Assembly (NCBI GenBank): GCA_025454915.1
Contig: JALONN010000010.1
Location: 12,339 to 76,338, forward strand
Source: Raineya sp.
Lineage (GTDB): Bacteria > Bacteroidota > Bacteroidia > Cytophagales > Thermonemataceae
DNA length: 64,000 bases
Direction: 5' to 3'
The position numbers were made by a program, and so were the translations under genes. Shown here piece by piece: positions 17,742 through 27,558 of the stretch. Within the stretch, counting starts at the first letter, position 1; every line of letters begins with the position of its first letter. The notes under the pieces were generated by a model. It was given only the letters and a program-made list of their open reading frames with translations. It searched no databases and was not told where the DNA came from.

Positions 17742-18728
17742 ATGAGCAACAGAATCATACAATTCAGAGAAGCTTTGCGTGAAGCAATGAGCGAAGAAAT
17801 GCGTAGAGACCCTCGTGTTTTCTTGATGGGTGAAGAAGTAGCACAATATGATGGAGCATACAAAGTGAGCCAAGGCATGCTTGCAGAGTTTGGAGCAGAA
17901 CGAGTAATTGATACACCCATTGCTGAACTTGGCTTTGCAGGAATAGGGGTAGGAGCAGCGATGAACGGCTTACGCCCTATCATTGAATTTATGACTTTCA
18001 ACTTTTCGCTAGTAGCAATAGATCAGGTAATCAATTCTGCTGCTAAAATGATGTCAATGTCTGGTGGGCAATATTCTGTACCAATTGTGTTCAGAGGTCC
18101 TACTGGAAATGCTGGTATGCTTAGCTCACAACACTCTCAAAACTTTGAGAATTGGTATGCCAATACACCAGGACTTAAAGTGGTTGTGCCATCTAATCCT
18201 TATGATGCAAAAGGCTTATTAAAGTCTTCTATCCGAGATGAAGATCCTGTTATTTTCATGGAATCTGAATTGATGTATGGAGATAAAGGTGAAGTGCCTG
18301 AAGAAGAATATCTAATCCCAATTGGTAGTGCAAAAGTAACACGTTCAGGAAATCAGGTGACTCTTGTGTCTTTTGGAAAAATGATGAAAGTTGCTCATAG
18401 TGCTGCTGAAGAAGCTGCTAAAGATGGTATTTCTGTTGAAGTGATAGACTTGCGTTCTGTACGTCCCATTGATTACAAAACAGTAATTGAATCTGTAAAG
18501 AAAACCAATCGTTTGGTAGTTTTAGAAGAGGCTTGGCCTTTAGCCGCCATTTCTTCTGAAATTGCTTATTATGTTCAGCGTCATGCTTTTGACTACTTGG
18601 ATGCTCCTGTGTATCGTGTCAATAGTATGGATGTGCCACTTCCTTATGCACCTACGCTGATTGATGCCATCTTGCCAAATGTAAAACGTACTTTGGATGC
18701 CATCAAAGCAGTAGCTTATAAGAAATAG
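17742..18728 (+). CDS. pdhB: pyruvate dehydrogenase (2-oxoacid dehydrogenase) E1 component, beta subunit
   Basis: REALREAMSEEMRRDPRVFLMGEEVAQYDGAYKVSQG, VIDTPIAELGFAGIGVGAAMNGLRP, EVIDLRSVRPID. Confidence 0.9.
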   Translation: MSNRIIQFREALREAMSEEMRRDPRVFLMGEEVAQYDGAYKVSQGMLAEFGAERVIDTPIAELGFAGIGVGAAMNGLRPIIEFMTFNFSLVAIDQVINSAAKMMSMSGGQYSVPIVFRGPTGNAGMLSSQHSQNFENWYANTPGLKVVVPSNPYDAKGLLKSSIRDEDPVIFMESELMYGDKGEVPEEEYLIPIGSAKVTRSGNQVTLVSFGKMMKVAHSAAEEAAKDGISVEVIDLRSVRPIDYKTVIESVKKTNRLVVLEEAWPLAAISSEIAYYVQRHAFDYLDAPVYRVNSMDVPLPYAPTLIDAILPNVKRTLDAIKAVAYKK

Positions 18729-18750
18729 TTGCTATAAAGATAAAACCATA

Positions 18751-18795
18751 AAACTACTACAAAAAGAACCTTTTTGCAGTAGTTTTTCTTTTATT
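18751..18795 (+). repeat. pdhB terminator hairpin; left copy of a ~45-bp direct repeat
   Basis: aaactactacaaaaag-aac-ctttttgcagtagttt followed by ttcttttatta. Compare with 19676-19722. Confidence 0.8.
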
Positions 18796-18843
18796 AGAAA
18801 GTAATTGAATATTTTGAATCTACAATCATTAAGAGGTTTCAAA

Positions 18844-19668
18844 ATGAAGAGACATGAGATTAGATCAATTGAACATTACCTATCCGTAAGGGAAAAGTTC
18901 TATGCAAGGATGTTGATAGGATTTCCTATACTGACCAAAGAACCTCAAGAATTGGCATCATATGCTAGAGAGGCACTTTCTAATTTTAATATAGCAGAAG
19001 CAGGAGGTTTAGAGCCTGAAACTTGTTTAAAAGATTTAGATTATTCTCAAAAATTTGCCATTGCACATTATCGTCTTGCATCAGGTTTATCTTCCTTAGA
19101 AACAATCTATCTAGAAGAAAAAGCCATTCAAATTCAAACTAAACCAATTAAGGCTTATTTGTCAATTCCACACTGGCTACCATTTTTTCGAGTGGCTTGT
19201 TTATTACGTTCTAAAAATATCATTCATGATTTTTTGCAAGCAGGTGAAATGCTATTCACTAAAGATTTAAGCACACCACGTAATTTTCTAAGTTTTGAGT
19301 TTTATAAAGAAATTTTTAAAAATAATTTTACTGAAGCACTCGAAAAATTAAAAGTACTCTTAGAAATAAAACCAGAGAAAACGAACATCACTTTTTATGA
19401 GGCTTTACAACTACCTGAGTTATTGATATGGAAAGCTATTTTGAGTAAAGAAATAAATCTTTATTCAATAGCTTTAGAAGATGCATTAATCAAACATAAA
19501 TCTTTTTGGACACAGCCTGATTCAATTGCAGGAAATCATGGTTGGGTATCCTTACCTTTAGCACATGTTTGTTCATTTGCTTATGATCAAGGGTTTATTT
19601 TGCCAATAAAAACAGATTATCTTCCATCTTGGTTGATAAGAGGTGAAAATATAACTGGAACTATTTAA
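18844..19668 (+). CDS. Imm49-like immunity-type protein (orphan)
   Basis: All-alpha-looking 274-aa protein ending ..GNHGWVSLPLAHVCSFAYDQGFILPIKTDYLPSWLIRGE. This matches my recollection of the Imm49 C-terminal signature (..G.i.l..la..c.A.d.G..i.ve.dYLP..Ll.g). Needs HMM confirmation. Confidence 0.4.
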   Translation: MKRHEIRSIEHYLSVREKFYARMLIGFPILTKEPQELASYAREALSNFNIAEAGGLEPETCLKDLDYSQKFAIAHYRLASGLSSLETIYLEEKAIQIQTKPIKAYLSIPHWLPFFRVACLLRSKNIIHDFLQAGEMLFTKDLSTPRNFLSFEFYKEIFKNNFTEALEKLKVLLEIKPEKTNITFYEALQLPELLIWKAILSKEINLYSIALEDALIKHKSFWTQPDSIAGNHGWVSLPLAHVCSFAYDQGFILPIKTDYLPSWLIRGENITGTI

Positions 19669-19675
19669 TATTAGT

Positions 19676-19722
19676 AAAACTACAATAAAAGAGAACCTTT
19701 TTTCAGTAGTTTTTCTTTTATA
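19676..19722 (+). repeat. right, slightly degenerate copy of the terminator-containing direct repeat
   Basis: aaaactacaataaaagagaaccttttttcagtagtttttcttttataataaa versus aaaactactacaaaaagaacctttttgcagtagtttttcttttattagaaa. Confidence 0.8.
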
Positions 19723-19740
19723 ATAAATTCAGATGAAATT

Positions 19741-20253
19741 ATGCTAGAAATAGAAGTAATTAAGGGAGATATTACAACAATGGAAGTAGATGCTATTGTT
19801 AATGCAGCCAATACATCACTTTTAGGGGGTGGAGGGGTTGATGGAGCTATTCATAGAAAAGGAGGAAAAAAAATCCTAGAAGAATGTGTAGCCATCCGTA
19901 ACAAACAAGGTGGTTGTGCAACTGGAGAAGCTGTTTTTACAACAGCAGGCGATTTATCTGCAAAATATGTAATTCATACAGTAGGACCTGTATGGCAAGA
20001 TGGTTCTAAAAATGAGCCAGCATTACTGAAAAGTTGTTATTTAAATGCTTTAAAAATAGCAGAAGAACTTAAAATAGAATCTATTGCATTCCCAAGCATA
20101 AGTACAGGTATTTACAAATATCCAAAACAAAAAGCAGCAGAAATAGCCATTGAAGTAGCTAAAAGTCATCAAACAAACACAATCAAAAAAATACAATTTG
20201 TCTGCTTTGATGATGAAAATTTTAAAATTTATGAGCAATTATTAAACGTATGA
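19741..20253 (+). CDS. macro-domain protein (O-acetyl-ADP-ribose deacetylase, YmdB-like)
   Basis: [44 protein letters not shown]. Confidence 0.85.
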   Translation: MLEIEVIKGDITTMEVDAIVNAANTSLLGGGGVDGAIHRKGGKKILEECVAIRNKQGGCATGEAVFTTAGDLSAKYVIHTVGPVWQDGSKNEPALLKSCYLNALKIAEELKIESIAFPSISTGIYKYPKQKAAEIAIEVAKSHQTNTIKKIQFVCFDDENFKIYEQLLNV

Positions 20254-20540
20254 AAAATTTACCACTCAATTTTACAGAAGAAGCCATTGCAGAAGTGAGG
20301 AATATCATGCAAAATAAAGGTATCCCTGCTGAATATGGCTTGCGTATAGGTGTACGAGGTGGAGGCTGTGGAGCTACTTTTATGCTTGGATTTGATAAAG
20401 AAAAAACAACAGATGAAGCATATATGTTTCAAAATGTACCTGTATATATTGATAAAAAACATTTGATGTATGTAATTGATATTCAGGTTGATTTTGAAGA
20501 AACTCAAGAAGGCAGAGGCTTCACATTTACCAAAGTTTAG
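20250..20540 (+). CDS. HesB/IscA-family iron-sulfur cluster assembly accessory protein (short form)
   Basis: [19 protein letters not shown], with an IscA-like layout. The C-terminal CGC motif is absent. Confidence 0.6.
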   Translation: MKNLPLNFTEEAIAEVRNIMQNKGIPAEYGLRIGVRGGGCGATFMLGFDKEKTTDEAYMFQNVPVYIDKKHLMYVIDIQVDFEETQEGRGFTFTKV

Positions 20541-20546
20541 AAAAAC

Positions 20547-21023
20547 ATGGAAGTCTATGAGTTTGTACTTCGGTTGTTTGCTGCTCTTGTTGCTGGGGTG
20601 ATTATTGGTTTTGAAAGACAATGGCATCATAAATCGGCAGGTTTAAGAACCAATACTCTAGTAGCTATTGGTTCAGCTTTATTTGTACTGCTTTCATTTG
20701 AAGCAACAGATAAGGGTGGAGACCCGACTCGAATTATTGGGCAGGTAGTAACAGGAGTAGGTTTTCTGGGTGGTGGAATTATTTTTAGAGAGGGAACAAA
20801 TATACATGGACTTACATCGGCAGCTACGGTATGGTGTAGTGCTGCTATTGGTTGTTTGGCAGCAGGAGGCTATTTTATGGAAGCTTTTATTGGTACAGGA
20901 CTAATATTGTTTATCAATGCTATTTTAAGACCTGTAGATAAATGGCTCACAAAAAGAGGAGAAAGTTTGGATAAGAATAATGATGAAGTAGAAGCCAATG
21001 GAAATGCTGGAAAAACTTCTTAG
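20547..21023 (+). CDS. MgtC/SapB family membrane protein
   Basis: GFERQWHHKSAGLRTNTLVAIGSALF, VVTGVGFLGGGIIFREG. Confidence 0.8.
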   Translation: MEVYEFVLRLFAALVAGVIIGFERQWHHKSAGLRTNTLVAIGSALFVLLSFEATDKGGDPTRIIGQVVTGVGFLGGGIIFREGTNIHGLTSAATVWCSAAIGCLAAGGYFMEAFIGTGLILFINAILRPVDKWLTKRGESLDKNNDEVEANGNAGKTS

Positions 21024-22479
21024 CCATGATGGCAATGAAGTGATAGAGTTTTTAGAGAAAAATACACTCTTAGACACCAATGAAATCGGTTTGTGGGCTT
21101 GGGTCGCTAACAGGTGGATTTACTGGAATGAATCAGGCAGTTATCATCGTATTTGTACTTCCGCTACGTATTTTCAGTGTAATCAGCAGGGTTGGAGAAC
21201 ATTTACAAATAATACAGAGGAAATCAGGAATACAATCTTTCTCAAAATCAGAAAGCAAATAATGGAATATTTGTCTGAGGAAGAAACAGATAAACTTCTA
21301 TTGGCTGGAAAAATATTTAATATTGCATACCCCAGATGGGTTTCTGTAGGAAATGGAGATACGAAAGGTTATGATGAGAATGTTCCAATGCTTTGGGAAC
21401 ATTTTAAACCATATCAACATTATTTTAAAAAAATCTTAGAAAAGCATGAGTTATTTGATTATGAATGGATTACTACGGCTCAAGTAATGTGGGAGCATTA
21501 TCGTTGGGTAGGAGATAAGTATGAAGATTATTTCAGCCAAGAGGCTTCAGGGTATTTTTTAGAAAAATCAGTGCAATTAAACCCCAAACACCCCATCCAT
21601 TATATCAATTTAAGAGATAAAAGAGAAATACATCTAGAATATGATAAACCACCTGTCCAAAACAATGTATTTACTCATTTACAAAGTAATTTGGGCTTGA
21701 CATATTTATATTATGCTCAATGGCAGAATTTTCAAAAACAAAATTCAGATGAAGCTAAAAAATACTATCTGAAATTTATGGAAGGTGAACCCAATTTACT
21801 TCTTGATAATATTTTTAGATTCTATTGTGAATGTGCTTATGAACGGATGTACCCACCTTCTGTTCAAACTGCCTTGACAGAATTAGCAGAAATCTGTATC
21901 CATAATAATGATATCAGAGAAGCCGAAAAATATTTGTGGCAGGCTGTGTCTAAACAAAAAAATAACTTTCAAACTCCTTATCAGCTTTTAGCTGAATTAA
22001 AATATAAACAGGGTGATATCAGGGAGGCAATACATCTCCTTGAACAGAAAATAGAAACATGGGTCACACAATCAAAGAAAGTATATTTTGAAGTTTTTTA
22101 TGCACCTCAAAATCATCAATATTACTATTTAGAAGGAAATTCCTATACAAGAGTCCGAGTAGAATTTTTGCATGAACATTTAAATAAAATGGCTCATTTA
22201 TGTTGGGATATAGAAGAATATAAAGCAGCACAGAAAATTTATAAACAACTCAGACAACTTGTTAATAATCAGGAGTATGTATGGATGGTAAAACGTGTGG
22301 CAAACATTGATTTAAAAGATTTGAAAATAGAAATATTAGAAAAACAAATGGAATTAGCTTTTATACTGAAAGATTATTGGCAGGCTCTCAGTATTTTTGA
22401 GCAAATAGAACAAATCAAAATTCCAAACGAAAAACTCCTCTCTATCAAAGAACAGATTAAAAGTATTTTGAAACATTAA
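20998..22479 (+). CDS. hypothetical protein, alpha-helical / TPR-like C-terminal half
   Basis: 493-aa ORF overlapping mgtC by 26 nt. It has helical repeats (AEICIHNNDIREAEKYLWQAV, AELKYKQGDIREAIHLLEQ). Confidence 0.5.
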   Translation: MEMLEKLLSHDGNEVIEFLEKNTLLDTNEIGLWAWVANRWIYWNESGSYHRICTSATYFQCNQQGWRTFTNNTEEIRNTIFLKIRKQIMEYLSEEETDKLLLAGKIFNIAYPRWVSVGNGDTKGYDENVPMLWEHFKPYQHYFKKILEKHELFDYEWITTAQVMWEHYRWVGDKYEDYFSQEASGYFLEKSVQLNPKHPIHYINLRDKREIHLEYDKPPVQNNVFTHLQSNLGLTYLYYAQWQNFQKQNSDEAKKYYLKFMEGEPNLLLDNIFRFYCECAYERMYPPSVQTALTELAEICIHNNDIREAEKYLWQAVSKQKNNFQTPYQLLAELKYKQGDIREAIHLLEQKIETWVTQSKKVYFEVFYAPQNHQYYYLEGNSYTRVRVEFLHEHLNKMAHLCWDIEEYKAAQKIYKQLRQLVNNQEYVWMVKRVANIDLKDLKIEILEKQMELAFILKDYWQALSIFEQIEQIKIPNEKLLSIKEQIKSILKH

Positions 22480-22621
22480 TTCTGAGATAAAAATATTGAA
22501 GTTGCTGGATTAAAGATGGATATACATTTTATTTTCAAAATATATAATTATATTTATACTTAAGTTTTGGTATTCTTTTTGTTAAAAACAGTAAATACAT
22601 AACACTCTAAATTAATTTTTT

Positions 22622-24451
22622 ATGAAAAAAATACTACTATTTATTTTTTTGTCTGTCAATTATTTAAACCTTTTTGCCCAAGCTGTTGAAATTAAATCAG
22701 CAGGAAATGCTCTTTATAAAGGTTATTTTTTCAATGAAAATGCAGGATGGGCTTGTAATATGGATGGTTTTGTGATGCAAACACAAGATGGAGGTAAAAC
22801 ATGGACTTACAATTATCTTACAGAGGGAAAAAAGTATCTGTATGATATTAAGTTTTTTGATAATACTACTGGAGCTGTTTCATCATCTGGAGTAGTTTTT
22901 TTTACACAAGATGGTGGCTACAATTGGAGTAAAACACAGATAAGTAGTCAGGAACTTTATAGTGTAGCTTATCAGGATAAGAATAAACTTTGGACAGTAG
23001 GAGCTCAAGGAAATATTTTTGTAAGTCAGGATGGAGGTAAAACATGGACAGATAAAAGCTATCAGGATAAAGATGTGACTTTTTATGATATTAGATTTGT
23101 AAATAGCCAAATAGGGTATATTTCTGGAAGTAAAGGAACTGTATTACAAACCACTAATGGTGGACAAACTTGGATCAATAACTCTGTGGATGTAGCTAAA
23201 GAAGATTTTGGCAGAATGCCCTTAAAAAGTTTTTTAATTGGCTCATCGGGTATTGGTGTTTATACAAAATCAAATATTGCCATATCAAGCAATGGAGGTA
23301 AAAGTTGGATATATAGTAAAATTAATTTAGATGGAAATATTGCTGATATTCATTTTATAAATGATAAAATAGGTTTTTGTTTGAGTAGTGAAGGAGATTT
23401 GTTTAAAACAACGAATGGTGGTACTAATTGGGCTCAGGTACAAAATAGACCATATCAGGCATGGTATTATTCAGATTTACATGTTTTTAATGAGAGTAAT
23501 TTGATTGTAGTAGGAGAAAAAGGGATTGAAAAAACCCAGAATGGAGGAATAAATTGGATATATATGCGAGATTTGGGAGAAATACATACAGACATAGCTT
23601 TTACGGGTACTCAAAATGGTTGGATTGTAGGAGTAAATCGAGACAATAGTCCTCTTTTAAAAATATCTAAAGATGCAGGACAAACTTGGATAAATGTAAA
23701 GACTTGTGTAACAGCTAAATCAGGAAGTTTGAATGCTATGAGTGCTGTTAACGATAAAAATGTATGGGGTGTTGGAAATGGAGGTGTAATTACAAAATTT
23801 TCTTTGGGTGGGGTTCAGAAAACGGCTACAGGGAGTGATATAGCATGTCAGGTACAGAAAAGTGGTACAACAAAAGATTTGATGGATGTGTTTTTTGTAA
23901 ATGAAAAAGAAGGATGGGTAGTGGGCTATAATGGAACGGTACTTTATACCAATAATAGTGGGGTACTTTGGACACCCAAAAACGTAGGAGTATATGACAA
24001 AGCTATGAAAACAAATGATCATCTTTATGGGGTGTTCTTTTTAAATAAACTTGAAGGATGGATTATTGGAGGATATTTTCAATCATTTATTCTTAAAACA
24101 ACTGATGGAGGAAAGACATGGAAACGTACAGATTTAGGGGTAAATGCTGTTTTAAATAGTATATATTTTTCTGATGCAAAAAATGGTTACATTCTGGGTA
24201 TGGATAAAGTATTTACCACTTCAGATGGTGGACAAACTTGGACTCCTCAGGAAAAACCCAAAAACTTAGCAAGTGATTATGTTACTACACCTACACCCAA
24301 AAAGGCTACTGATGGTATTGGAGCAATAGAACCTTGGAATGCCAAAGATGATATACGTTTTCGTCACAAAGGGACTTTTCTGACAGCAAATAATCAGGTT
24401 TGGGTTGTTGGAGGGAGTTCAATTATTCAACTACTGTTAATGAAAAAATAA
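22622..24451 (+). CDS. secreted BNR/Asp-box repeat protein (Ycf48-like beta-propeller)
   Basis: Signal peptide plus about 11 copies of the S/T-x-D/N-G-G-x-T/N-W motif (TQDGGKTW, SQDGGKTW, TTNGGQTW, SSNGGKSW, TTDGGKTW, TSDGGQTW ...). Confidence 0.65.
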   Translation: MKKILLFIFLSVNYLNLFAQAVEIKSAGNALYKGYFFNENAGWACNMDGFVMQTQDGGKTWTYNYLTEGKKYLYDIKFFDNTTGAVSSSGVVFFTQDGGYNWSKTQISSQELYSVAYQDKNKLWTVGAQGNIFVSQDGGKTWTDKSYQDKDVTFYDIRFVNSQIGYISGSKGTVLQTTNGGQTWINNSVDVAKEDFGRMPLKSFLIGSSGIGVYTKSNIAISSNGGKSWIYSKINLDGNIADIHFINDKIGFCLSSEGDLFKTTNGGTNWAQVQNRPYQAWYYSDLHVFNESNLIVVGEKGIEKTQNGGINWIYMRDLGEIHTDIAFTGTQNGWIVGVNRDNSPLLKISKDAGQTWINVKTCVTAKSGSLNAMSAVNDKNVWGVGNGGVITKFSLGGVQKTATGSDIACQVQKSGTTKDLMDVFFVNEKEGWVVGYNGTVLYTNNSGVLWTPKNVGVYDKAMKTNDHLYGVFFLNKLEGWIIGGYFQSFILKTTDGGKTWKRTDLGVNAVLNSIYFSDAKNGYILGMDKVFTTSDGGQTWTPQEKPKNLASDYVTTPTPKKATDGIGAIEPWNAKDDIRFRHKGTFLTANNQVWVVGGSSIIQLLLMKK

Positions 24452-24475
24452 TACACACCACAAATATTTATTTCC

Positions 24476-25546
24476 ATGATTAAACGAATTTTAACAAGCT
24501 ATTTTGCATTATTTATGCTGGTAGCCCAAGCCCAAAGTGTAGAGGAAAAACTGATACCCAATGCTACAAAAAATGCTTTTCTATCTGAATTTGGAGCTAC
24601 TGTCAAAGCCAACTGGACATATGAAAACAATAGTGCTATTACAAATCTAGATAACAAAGATAAACGTATCTTGTATCAAGCATCATTTGCAGGAAACAAA
24701 GGTCAATTTTTGTCTGTTACTTATAATTATAAAGGTGAAGAAATTTATAGAGTAATTTCCTATTATCAAATAAAAGAAGCACCTCAAGAGGTTGTAAAAG
24801 CAATGCAGGAAAAATATGCTTCTATGCAGTTAAGCAAGATTAATGAAATTATAGGTAAAAAATATCAAGGGAAAGGCTACAATATATCATTTCTGGATAA
24901 AGGTAATTTAGTTTTGAAAACAACAGATGTCAATGGTATAGAAAATAATGCTAATCTACTCAGACAATTTTCTGACAAAGCATTTAGAGATGCAACCAAT
25001 TTTGAAAAAATAGAAAGTGGAAGTAGTCTTAATAACCCCAATATAACAACATTTTCTACAAATCCGAATGATTTTAGTAAACTTTCCAAAATAGAAGCAA
25101 ATAGTGTGCCTGCAAAAGCTGTAGAGCATTTTAAAACAATTATAGGACAAAATAAATTGACAGTAAAGTGGTATAAAGAGAGCTACCAGAACAAAAGTTT
25201 ATACAGAGGAGAGGTTGTTAATATTGGAAGAGCAAAGGTAAGTGTTACTTATAATGAAAAAGGAGAGGATGTTTATCAGATGAATGAGTTTTTTAATGTT
25301 GGACTTGCTCCAAAGGTTGCTCAAGAAGCTGTTCAGAAAACATACAAACTACAAGAAGTATCAAGTATTACTGTAACTTCTAGTAAAAAATATACTATTC
25401 AATATTGTACTCCAAAAGTAAGAGAAAAAGGAACACTTAAAACCTCTTTTGTGATACTTAACTTACAGGGAAATCTTGTTACTGAAAACCTTGCAGAAAC
25501 CCTTGCTAATAAAGTATTTACAGATGCTTCTAATTTTTCAAAGTAA
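24476..25546 (+). CDS. secreted hypothetical protein with two halves, possibly PepSY-like
   Basis: Signal peptide. The pattern repeats: IPNATKNAFLSEFGATVKANWTYE / VPAKAVEHFKTIIGQNKLTVKWYKE, each followed by ..VTYN.KGE..Y. Confidence 0.35.
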   Translation: MIKRILTSYFALFMLVAQAQSVEEKLIPNATKNAFLSEFGATVKANWTYENNSAITNLDNKDKRILYQASFAGNKGQFLSVTYNYKGEEIYRVISYYQIKEAPQEVVKAMQEKYASMQLSKINEIIGKKYQGKGYNISFLDKGNLVLKTTDVNGIENNANLLRQFSDKAFRDATNFEKIESGSSLNNPNITTFSTNPNDFSKLSKIEANSVPAKAVEHFKTIIGQNKLTVKWYKESYQNKSLYRGEVVNIGRAKVSVTYNEKGEDVYQMNEFFNVGLAPKVAQEAVQKTYKLQEVSSITVTSSKKYTIQYCTPKVREKGTLKTSFVILNLQGNLVTENLAETLANKVFTDASNFSK

Positions 25547-25558
25547 CACTTGATTTAT

Positions 25559-25596
25559 AAAAGCTCCATTTAGATAAACTCTAAATGGAGCTTTTT
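25559..25596 (+). terminator. rho-independent terminator
   Basis: aaaagctccatttag-ataaact-ctaaatggagctttt followed by tgtgtt. Confidence 0.75.
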
Positions 25597-25680
25597 GTGT
25601 TATTATCAACTCCTTACCTGACTAAAATCATCTTTATTTAGCTTTTTTAGGGTAATCTTTGTAGAAAGAACATTACAGCT

Positions 25681-27087
25681 ATGGTTACCCAAGAATCGCC
25701 CAAAGAGGGCTTCCGAGAACAACTCGGTGTATTAGATAAAAAAGGTGGAAGACAGTGGATGTATCCTAAACAGGTAAATGGTTTTTTTTATAAAGCTCGT
25801 ACTGTTTTTGGGATATTTTTACTTGTAATCCTCTTTGGAATGCCTTTGATAAAAGTCAATGGGCATCCTTTTATGTTATTTAATATCTTAGAAAGAAAAT
25901 TTATTGTTTTTGGAATACCATTTTTCCCTCAAGACTTTTTTATACTGGCTCTTAGTCTGATTTCCTTCATTGTATTCATTGCATTGTTTACGGTAGTTTT
26001 TGGCAGGCTTTTTTGTGGCTGGGCTTGTCCTCAAACTGTTTTTATGGAAATGGTTTTCAGGAGAATAGAGTACTGGATAGAAGGAGATGCCAATGCTCAA
26101 AAGAAGCTCAACGAAAGCCCATGGACAACAGAAAAAGTCATTAAAAAAACAGCTAAACATACCATATTCTTTTCTATTTCTTTTCTGATAGCTCACACGT
26201 TTTTATCGTACCTGATAGGTGTAGATGAAGTGAAAAAAGTCATTACAGAAGGAATCGTAGAAAACTGGAAAACATTTCTGGTACTCATACTTTTTACAGG
26301 AGCTTTTTACGCAGTTTTTGCTTTCATGAGAGAAATAGTATGTATTGTAGCATGCCCTTATGGCAGAATGCAAAGTGTATTACTCGATAGCAATTCGATT
26401 GTGGTGGCTTATGATACAGTAAGAGGTGAGCCTAGAGGAAAAATCAAAAAAGGAGATGAAACACCTAAAGGTGATTGTGTAGATTGTAAATTGTGTGTAC
26501 AGGTTTGCCCTACAGGAATAGATATTCGTAATGGTACACAACTCGAATGTATCAATTGTACAGCCTGTATTGATGTCTGTGATGATGTAATGGTGAAAAT
26601 TGGAAAGCCCAAGAAATTAATTCGTTACGACTCGGTAAATGGTATCAAATCAGGGAAAAAACTAAAACTTTCAGCTCGTATAATTGGGTATTCAACAGTT
26701 TTGGTGCTTTTATTAGTAATTATTGGGATAGCATTATTTACACGTACAGATGTACAGGCAAATGTGATGAGAACACCAGGAATGATGTACCAGCAAATAG
26801 ATGCCAATACAGTAGCTAATTTGTATAATATTTCTTTGGTGAATAAATCCTTTGACAGCAAAGAAATCACTTTAAAACTAGAAGATGGTCAGGTAGGTAA
26901 AATAAAACTACTTGGCAATCAGAATTCTATAAAATTAAAACCTCAGGAAATAACCAAAGCTACATTTTTTATAGAAATACCCAACAAAAGTATTTCGGAA
27001 AGCCACATGAAGCTAAAAATAAAAGTATTTAAAAACGGAGAATTTTTTACAGACATTAAAACCACGTTTTTAGCTCCAGCAGAATAG
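25681..27087 (+). CDS. ccoG: cytochrome c oxidase (cbb3) accessory protein CcoG, 4Fe-4S ferredoxin-type
   Basis: FCGWACPQT, ACPYGRMQS, CVDCKLCVQVCPTGIDIR, CINCTACIDVCD. Confidence 0.9.
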   Translation: MVTQESPKEGFREQLGVLDKKGGRQWMYPKQVNGFFYKARTVFGIFLLVILFGMPLIKVNGHPFMLFNILERKFIVFGIPFFPQDFFILALSLISFIVFIALFTVVFGRLFCGWACPQTVFMEMVFRRIEYWIEGDANAQKKLNESPWTTEKVIKKTAKHTIFFSISFLIAHTFLSYLIGVDEVKKVITEGIVENWKTFLVLILFTGAFYAVFAFMREIVCIVACPYGRMQSVLLDSNSIVVAYDTVRGEPRGKIKKGDETPKGDCVDCKLCVQVCPTGIDIRNGTQLECINCTACIDVCDDVMVKIGKPKKLIRYDSVNGIKSGKKLKLSARIIGYSTVLVLLLVIIGIALFTRTDVQANVMRTPGMMYQQIDANTVANLYNISLVNKSFDSKEITLKLEDGQVGKIKLLGNQNSIKLKPQEITKATFFIEIPNKSISESHMKLKIKVFKNGEFFTDIKTTFLAPAE

Positions 27088-27119
27088 TTTAATCATTCAC
27101 TTTTACACCTTTTACATAT

Positions 27120-27554
27120 ATGAATTGGGGAACAAAAATCGTAATTTCATTAGGAGTTTTCATAGCCTTTATTGCTTCATTGGGCATATTTATGATGATT
27201 TCTAATGATGAAAAAGTAGAAAAAGATTACTACGAAAGAGATTTGATGTATGAAAAAGAAATACAGGCTCAAAGAAATGCACAAAGCCTTTCAGCAGAAG
27301 TAGTTTTAGATATTACAGATATACATCTTATATTTTCTTTTCCAAAAGAAATAAAAGAATATCAGGGGAAAATATTATTTCTACGCCCTGATAATGCCCA
27401 AAAAGACCAAACCTTTGAAATGAAACTGGAAAAAAATCAGATGCAGAAAATAGAGGTTATGCCATTACAAAAAGGTCTTTGGAAAATACAAGCTCAATGG
27501 CAAATGAACGGGAAATTGTATCAGAGTAAGGTATTTGAATGGATAAAATATTAA
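27120..27554 (+). CDS. FixH family protein
   Basis: MNWGTKIVISLGVFIAFIASLGIFMM..EKDYYERDLMYEKEIQAQRNA, positioned directly after ccoG. Confidence 0.7.
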   Translation: MNWGTKIVISLGVFIAFIASLGIFMMISNDEKVEKDYYERDLMYEKEIQAQRNAQSLSAEVVLDITDIHLIFSFPKEIKEYQGKILFLRPDNAQKDQTFEMKLEKNQMQKIEVMPLQKGLWKIQAQWQMNGKLYQSKVFEWIKY

Positions 27555-27558
27555 AATA

